Shown piece after piece: positions 26,585 to 32,000 of a stretch of DNA of 32,000 nt. This DNA comes from Candidatus Kuenenia stuttgartensis (GTDB lineage Bacteria; Planctomycetota; Brocadiia; Brocadiales; Brocadiaceae): the NCBI RefSeq assembly GCF_900232105.1, contig NZ_LT934425.1, forward strand, positions 1,890,001 to 1,922,000, in the 5' to 3' direction. Every line of letters starts with the position of its first letter. Within the stretch, counting starts at the first letter, position 1. Position numbers and translations under genes: made by a program. The notes below the pieces were generated by a model. It was not told the origin of the DNA, ran no database searches, and worked only from the letters and a program-made list of their open reading frames with translations.

Positions 26585-26647
26585 TCTACATTTTGGTTGC
26601 GGCTTTGCTGCGATATGAAATAAAATGCATGAAAAGAGGGAGTATGA

Positions 26648-27262
26648 TTGAAAGGTATTGAAAAACCGATTACACCTGAAGATACAGAAAATGGCAATCC
26701 GATGAAACAGCAGGGCGAGATGAAACATTCCGGGAAAAAGGGTACAGAACAAACCACCATTACAGAAATGCTTGCATCCCACAACGTTTTATTGGAAGAA
26801 GTGAAATCACTGATTGAAACCCGCCTGTCTTACGACGAAACAAAAGAAAAGACCATTGAGAAACTCCACGAAGAACTGAAACTCTATCGTGACAATTTCA
26901 TTTCCCAGTCGCAAAAACCTATTTTCATTGACCTGATTATGCTTTATGATGATTTCATGCAGGTACTCTCGGTTTTCGAAGAGAAGCAGGATATGACAAA
27001 GGATGATATTGCAGCAATGAGGCATAATATGCATACGATAAAGGAAGGGCTTCTGGAAATTCTGTATCGTAGAGAGGTAACACTGTATCACAAACATCCG
27101 GATTTTCTTGATTATAAACTTCACAAAACGATAGGTACGGTACCAACCAGCATAGAAAGCGAAAATAACCAGGTGGCGAAGATTGTAAAACCGGGTTTTT
27201 GCTGGAACGGCAAGACGCTAAGGCCTGAGGAAGTAATAATAAAGAAATATCGTAAAGAATGA
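26648..27262 (+). CDS. GrpE-like nucleotide-exchange factor (divergent)
   Basis: Long N-terminal coiled-coil-like segment, then RDNFISQSQKPIFIDLIMLYDDF...KEGLLEILYRREV. Gene is directly upstream of an Hsp70. Start codon uncertain (TTG 26648 or a later ATG). Confidence 0.65.
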   Translation: MKGIEKPITPEDTENGNPMKQQGEMKHSGKKGTEQTTITEMLASHNVLLEEVKSLIETRLSYDETKEKTIEKLHEELKLYRDNFISQSQKPIFIDLIMLYDDFMQVLSVFEEKQDMTKDDIAAMRHNMHTIKEGLLEILYRREVTLYHKHPDFLDYKLHKTIGTVPTSIESENNQVAKIVKPGFCWNGKTLRPEEVIIKKYRKE

Positions 27263-27360
27263 TGCAGCGTACGGCACGCATCTTTGCCGGTGGAAAGTAC
27301 CCGTGTCGGTTTTTCTGAAAAACGATGCTCTGGAAAAAACAAAAACAGGAGAAGAGAACT

Positions 27361-28962
27361 ATGTCGCCTAAAAAAACAACCGTAGTGGGAATTGATCTGG
27401 GCACTACTTTTTCAGCCATTGCGCACATTAATGAGGACACCGGCAAAGCAGAGATTATTCCCAGTCCCGAACAAGACCGTATCACGCCTTCTGTGGTCCT
27501 TATTGAAAAGGTGAATGATATTATTGTAGGAGAAATAGCAAAACAGAATGCTGTAGCGGAACCAAACAAGGTCGTTGAGTTTGTAAAAAGACAAATGGGA
27601 AAACCAAAAGAAGATAAAAAGGATGAGCAGGGGAATATACTGGTAAAGGGCTGGTGTTTTGAGCATGAGGGGAAAAAGTACAGCGCCCAGGAAATTTCGG
27701 CGTTTATCCTGAAAAAACTGAAAAATGACGCCGAAGAGCGGCTGGGAACAATGATAACAGATGCGGTAATTACATGTCCGGCCTATTTTGGGGATCCCGA
27801 GAGGGCTGCAACCAAAGAGGCTGGCGTCATTGCGGGATTTAACGTGTTGGCGGTAATTGACGAACCGGTGGCCGCCGCGCTTTCTTATGGACTCGATAAA
27901 CTCAAACAGGATCAAAATGTCTTTGTCTTTGACCTTGGCGGTGGAACATTTGACGTGGTTATCCTTGAAATCAAAGGCGGAAAAATACGGGAGGTGGTGG
28001 TTAATGGCGACCACTTGCTTGGTGGCAAGGACTGGGATGATGAAATCATCCGGTATGCATCAAAGATTTTTAAGGAAAAATACGGAACATACCCGCTGGA
28101 TGATCTTTCAGCGTATCAGGATTTGCAATTACGCGCAATTAAGGCAAAAGAAGAACTCACAAAACGCGAAAAGACAAAGATTATGTGCGTGCACGCGGGA
28201 AATACCCTCCTGGTAGAATTGACCAGAGATACGTTTGAAGAAATTACAAAATATCTCATTGACCGTTGCAAGGTATTATGCGGAATAGCGCTGAGCGATG
28301 CAAACATGACGTGGCAAGACGTCGGGGCGGTTCTCCTGGTGGGCGGTTCTACAAGAATGCCCATGATAAGGAATATGATTGCAGAAATAAGCGGAAAAAC
28401 GCCCAGCGATGAACTAAACCCTGATGAATGCGTAGCCCTTGGCGCTGCCTGGCACGCCGCAATGTTAAGTATTTCCAGCGGCGATATGCCCGTTGAAGTG
28501 GTGAAGAGGCTCGCCGGAGTGGAAGTGCAAAAAGTCGCTTCACATAATCTGGGCATCATCGCATTGGACGGAGATGGGAATGAGCGGAATTTTCTAATGA
28601 TACCAAGGTTTACTCCCCTGCCGTTTGAAAAAAAGGATATTTTTAAAACACTCACCGACAACCAGACTTCCATTCTTCTGCGGATTATGGAAGGCGGAAT
28701 TATGGGAGAAAACGATACATGCGACCCCCTGGACTGCAATATGATCGCGCAAGGTTCGATACGGGATATCCCCCCTTCACCAAAAGGCAGCCCCATCGAG
28801 GTGGCCTATAAATACAATGATATTGGAATACTGGAGGTGCACGGTATTCATCTCCCATCAGGAAAAGAGGTAGTTATAACAGTGGAGCATACCGGCGGTC
28901 TGACTGCCCAGGAAATAAAAGCTGCAACTATGAACATTGAAAAAGCCTCAATAACAAGTTAA
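27361..28962 (+). CDS. Hsp70/DnaK-like chaperone with SBD-beta but no alpha-helical lid
   Basis: VVGIDLGTTFSAIAHI, VFDLGGGTFDVVI, VLLVGGSTRMPMI motifs; 533 aa, ending shortly after a short SBD-beta-like region. Confidence 0.88.
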   Translation: MSPKKTTVVGIDLGTTFSAIAHINEDTGKAEIIPSPEQDRITPSVVLIEKVNDIIVGEIAKQNAVAEPNKVVEFVKRQMGKPKEDKKDEQGNILVKGWCFEHEGKKYSAQEISAFILKKLKNDAEERLGTMITDAVITCPAYFGDPERAATKEAGVIAGFNVLAVIDEPVAAALSYGLDKLKQDQNVFVFDLGGGTFDVVILEIKGGKIREVVVNGDHLLGGKDWDDEIIRYASKIFKEKYGTYPLDDLSAYQDLQLRAIKAKEELTKREKTKIMCVHAGNTLLVELTRDTFEEITKYLIDRCKVLCGIALSDANMTWQDVGAVLLVGGSTRMPMIRNMIAEISGKTPSDELNPDECVALGAAWHAAMLSISSGDMPVEVVKRLAGVEVQKVASHNLGIIALDGDGNERNFLMIPRFTPLPFEKKDIFKTLTDNQTSILLRIMEGGIMGENDTCDPLDCNMIAQGSIRDIPPSPKGSPIEVAYKYNDIGILEVHGIHLPSGKEVVITVEHTGGLTAQEIKAATMNIEKASITS

Positions 28963-29110
28963 CACCGATGCACCTAACTTCTCAATAAGTTGAGGTAGAC
29001 AACCCACTCGCTTCCTTTGTTAATGGTAAATTACGCAAGATTAACCCTGCGTTGGGTGCATTCCCGATTTTTTGTATATTTTCACATATTTTGTTTTTTT
29101 ACAAAGAATT

Positions 29111-29134
29111 GTAATACTTTAGTCCTATGAAAAA
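29111..29134 (+). repeat. 24-nt intergenic motif copy H
   Basis: GTAATACTTTAGTCCTATGAAAAA. Confidence 0.6.
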
Positions 29135-29142
29135 AACCGCTC

Positions 29143-29166
29143 GTTCCCAAGCTCCGGCTTGGGAAC
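29143..29166. repeat. Palindrome GTTCCCAAGC-TCCG-GCTTGGGAAC
   Basis: 10-bp perfect arms; the same decamer caps the TIRs of 29341..29516. Confidence 0.8.
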
Positions 29167-29340
29167 GGGATTGTTTGAGAAGCTCCAGCTTCGAATGGAA
29201 AAGGGAATGAACCCATTATGTTAGCTTGGAGGCTTTTCAGTATGTTACCCAAGATATTTGGAAACCTCTTTTGAATCGAATAATACACGAAGCTTCGCTT
29301 ACCGGCTAAATGGAAGCTAGAGCTTCCAACGCAATTACGT

Positions 29341-29516
29341 TCCCAAGCCGGACAGACTGGGTCAAATGAACTTTGTTGTCTCAAAAGTGGGGGCAACTCC
29401 TCGCATTATGCCTGTTTTAGACCCTATTTAGTGCTGTTTTACCATTAAAGTGGAGAATGCCTGTCGTAAAATAGGATAAAATTGTTCATTTGACCCAGTC
29501 TGCGGAGCTTGGGAAC
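29341..29516. mobile_element. MITE-like noncoding element, copy 2
   Basis: 33-nt terminal inverted repeats, 29 of 33 complementary: GTTCCCAAGCCGGACAGACTGGGTCAAATGAAC / GTTCATTTGACCCAGTCTGCGGAGCTTGGGAAC. Confidence 0.7.
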
Positions 29517-29527
29517 GAGCATTTTTG

Positions 29528-29551
29528 TTTTTCAAAAATCTAAACTGTTAC
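29528..29551 (-). repeat. 24-nt intergenic motif copy E
   Basis: Minus strand GTAACAGTTTAGATTTTTGAAAAA. Confidence 0.65.
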
Positions 29552-29648
29552 AAAAAATCAGGAATGCTCCTCCCTGCGTTTATGCGGTTGATTTCGTGGT
29601 TGTTTGTCCATTTAAAACAGAACTTTTCAACAAACAGAAAAACAAGCC

Positions 29649-31253
29649 ATGGCTACGTCGTTTGATCCTGATAAATATTTCCACAACAATGAATGGAAAA
29701 GCGCCATCGACCCTTCTAAAAACCACTATGAACGTTTGGGATTAAGGTTCGGCGAAAATTATTCCGCCCAAAATATAACAAAATCTTTTCAGCAAAGATA
29801 TGACTGGTGGCGCGAAGCGAACAAACGATACAACACAAACCCCGCCAACACGAAAACAAAAGAAACAGGGCCCGCCTCTGCCGAAGCAATGGGAAAACTG
29901 CAGGAGGCGTATGTAGTATTGACCAATCCTTCAAAAAAATCAGCATACGACAAACAACTCTCAACCGACAGCGGTAAAAAGGCAGGAGAAGAATTTAAAA
30001 AAATGATTCATATTGTTGCAAGCGACAACGCGCTCACGCAGGAGGGGAAAAAGATACTTCTTAATTACGCTGATACCCTGGGACTTAGCCAGGCAACAGC
30101 TTCCGATATGATAACAACAGAAACAGACAAGATGGGGGTGAGGCAACATCAACCATCTTCTCATTCAAGGCCAATTATTGTCGTCAGACAGTCCGGCACT
30201 TCTCAACAACCTGAGCTCCCAAACTATTATGCTCTTTTGGAAATAGACGCAACTGCCGGAGAGCATGAAATTCTGGAAGCATATAAAAGAAAAGTGTCTC
30301 TTTGGGAAAGCCTGAGTTCAAACCCAAAATTCAGGGACTTTGCCCTGCGAAGAATAGGTACCTTGCGGGAGGCCGTTGATATACTCCTCAATCATGACCG
30401 GCGAAGGAGATATGACTATGAATTATTTGGCAAAGGGAAAAAACCTGTCCGGAAAGCCTCGCAAGGAAAAAACAAAACCATAACGGCTGTCCTTGGCGGT
30501 GTAGCAATGGTAACTGTGGCGGCAATGATTGCCGTTGTTTTAAACAAGGGCAAGAATTTTCCTCCGGCAATAGTTGCCCCCGAGCCGTATATTTCCAAAA
30601 ACAAGGACATGCATGATGTTTTGGTGCAGGAAGATGTATCTCCATTTTATAAGGGGTGGCTGGGCGCAACAATCCAGGAGATTGACCCTGCACTGGCGGA
30701 GGCTTTTGGTGTTGACATTACAGAAGGAGTCATTGTGACGGAGGCACTGGGTAACTCTCCCGCGGAATCCGCAGGACTCCGGAGCGGTGATATCATTGTT
30801 GAGTTTGACGGGACGAAGTTGCGGCACGCAAATCACCTGAATTTCATGGTGGAACAAACAGGAGCAGGGAAGCATGTTGCGATGAGAATCATACGAGACC
30901 GCAAAGAAATGGAGCTAAATGTGATTCTTGGCGAACGACCAACTGTACTCTATTCTGCTACGTCACCGGAAACGATACCTCCCGAAAAGAACATTGGCAT
31001 AATGGTACAAAACGTATCCGAAAATGAAAACGGGGGTGAGGGGGTATTGGTTATTGATGTGCAACCGGAAAGCGCGGCTGCAAAATATAATATAGAAAAA
31101 GGTGATATCATTACGGAAATAAATAGAAATAAAATTTCAAATGTCGCTGAATTTATAAGGGCATTGATCTCTGCTGATGCCGATGAAAAAATACTCCTGC
31201 ATATAAAGAAAAGCGATATTTCGCTTTATCTTACCATCGATCCTGCGGAATAA
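29649..31253 (+). CDS. Membrane protein with two HPD-less J-like domains, one TM helix and two PDZ domains
   Basis: HYERLGLRFG...AYVVLTNPSKKSAYD and YYALLEIDATAGEHEILEAYKRK...AVDILLNHDRRRRYD (J-domain framework, no HPD); TM TITAVLGGVAMVTVAAMIAVVL; PDZ1 GWLGATIQEI...GVIVTEALGNSPAESAGLRSGDIIVEFDG; PDZ2 GVLVIDVQPESAAAKYNIEKGDIITEINRNKI. Confidence 0.82.
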   Translation: MATSFDPDKYFHNNEWKSAIDPSKNHYERLGLRFGENYSAQNITKSFQQRYDWWREANKRYNTNPANTKTKETGPASAEAMGKLQEAYVVLTNPSKKSAYDKQLSTDSGKKAGEEFKKMIHIVASDNALTQEGKKILLNYADTLGLSQATASDMITTETDKMGVRQHQPSSHSRPIIVVRQSGTSQQPELPNYYALLEIDATAGEHEILEAYKRKVSLWESLSSNPKFRDFALRRIGTLREAVDILLNHDRRRRYDYELFGKGKKPVRKASQGKNKTITAVLGGVAMVTVAAMIAVVLNKGKNFPPAIVAPEPYISKNKDMHDVLVQEDVSPFYKGWLGATIQEIDPALAEAFGVDITEGVIVTEALGNSPAESAGLRSGDIIVEFDGTKLRHANHLNFMVEQTGAGKHVAMRIIRDRKEMELNVILGERPTVLYSATSPETIPPEKNIGIMVQNVSENENGGEGVLVIDVQPESAAAKYNIEKGDIITEINRNKISNVAEFIRALISADADEKILLHIKKSDISLYLTIDPAE

Positions 31254-31794
31254 TAGTATAAGGAGGATAAGAAAATTTCACAATTCTAAATTCCTACGCT
31301 GGTATATGCTCAATCAGGTTGAAACCACGGGTTTCAGCTTCCGGAAATTATCATTAATTCTGTCTGTCAAATCAGGTAAGATAGTATTTCAAGTTGAACT
31401 AAAAACTTACGGATTTTAGCTTTGAACCCAGTAAATGAATCGAATACCTTTGCTTTTGCCGAAAAGGAGTACAACGCTTGCCAGGCACGGCTCGATATCT
31501 TTTGTACCCAGAAAAGAGTGGTGTTTTAAAGCAACACAATCTTTTCTGCGATTGCCTATGTGTTCGCAAACAGGAATTGCCGGATAACGCCCCGGTTTTT
31601 CGGGTAATACGTTTTTATTTTCCATAAATAAGTCCTTTTTAAAAAAAATGGTTGTTGTTTTCGTTCCGCTTTCAGTATCATTATTGTCTCATAAGCTTCC
31701 TGTTTTTGGTATTTGAAACTCAAGCCAGAGGCCTGCGTTACTTTGCAAGATATTTCTGAATTATAGTCAAACAAATAAGGTTTTCGAAAAATTT

Positions 31795-31865
31795 ACACCC
31801 CCCCGGCCCCTCTTTTTAGAGGGGAGATGAGAAGTCCCCTCTATCAAGAGGGGATTTAGGGGTGT
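31795..31865. repeat. Nested palindromic element (two hairpins within outer ACACCCC/GGGGTGT arms)
   Basis: CCCCTCT-TTTT-AGAGGGG (31807-31824) and TCCCCTCT-ATCA-AGAGGGGA (31835-31854), bounded by ACACCCC (31795) and GGGGTGT (31859-31865). Confidence 0.75.
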
Positions 31866-32000
31866 GTTTGATAGTATGCTTAGTCAAATAAATCTATTTT
31901 TCAGAAAGCCATTTTATCGCCAAATTTCTAAAATCATATTTATTTGGCTATAACTCAATAACCATGAAAAAAGAATTTGTTCTCAATACTAACACTTTGG

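Noticed and set aside
26955-27569. 204-aa antisense ORF spanning the grpE-like/Hsp70 junction
   Set aside because: It overlaps two supported genes and has no recognisable domain.
30388-30693. Minus-strand ORFs at 30388..30693 and 30540..30875
   Set aside because: Antisense to the TM/PDZ region of the J/PDZ protein; low-complexity and unsupported.
31411-31625. 69-aa minus-strand ORF (MENKNVLPEKPGRYPAIPVCEHIGNRRKDC...)
   Set aside because: It has a Cys/His-containing pattern but is too short to support, and several overlapping frames exist. Not called as a gene.
1-32000. tRNA, rRNA and CRISPR arrays
   Set aside because: None recognised by eye. A tRNAscan-SE, Infernal or CRISPR-detection run would be needed to exclude them.

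Overview
Annotation by eye only; no database search was run. The window looks like a chromosomal segment of a planctomycete, possibly anammox-like (weak inference from the gene set). Main blocks: (1) a truncated BadF/BadG-type kinase and a PLP aminotransferase; (2) two tandem DUF11-type surface-protein paralogs, each followed by an intrinsic terminator; (3) a composite-hopanoid locus, hpnN / hpnK-EamA / hpnI / hpnJ; (4) a decayed HNH-endonuclease and HicB-like relic beside an archaeal-type (Rnl3/Pab1020-like) RNA ligase; (5) a TrkA-N + DHH phosphoesterase; (6) a lipoprotein with eight ~19-aa CxxC-x7-HxC units, near a separate zinc-ribbon protein; (7) tkt and proC; (8) a ~1.7 kb candidate mobile element carrying an unfamiliar 518-aa protein; (9) a non-canonical chaperone cluster: GrpE-like protein, lidless Hsp70, and a membrane protein with two HPD-less J-like domains and two PDZ domains. 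This cluster is the best candidate for an undescribed system. A second notable observation is a 24-nt motif (GYAACANTTTAGNYTTTTGAAAAA) found six times in intergenic DNA, each time next to a palindrome or inverted-repeat arm, including two ~180-bp MITE-like elements.
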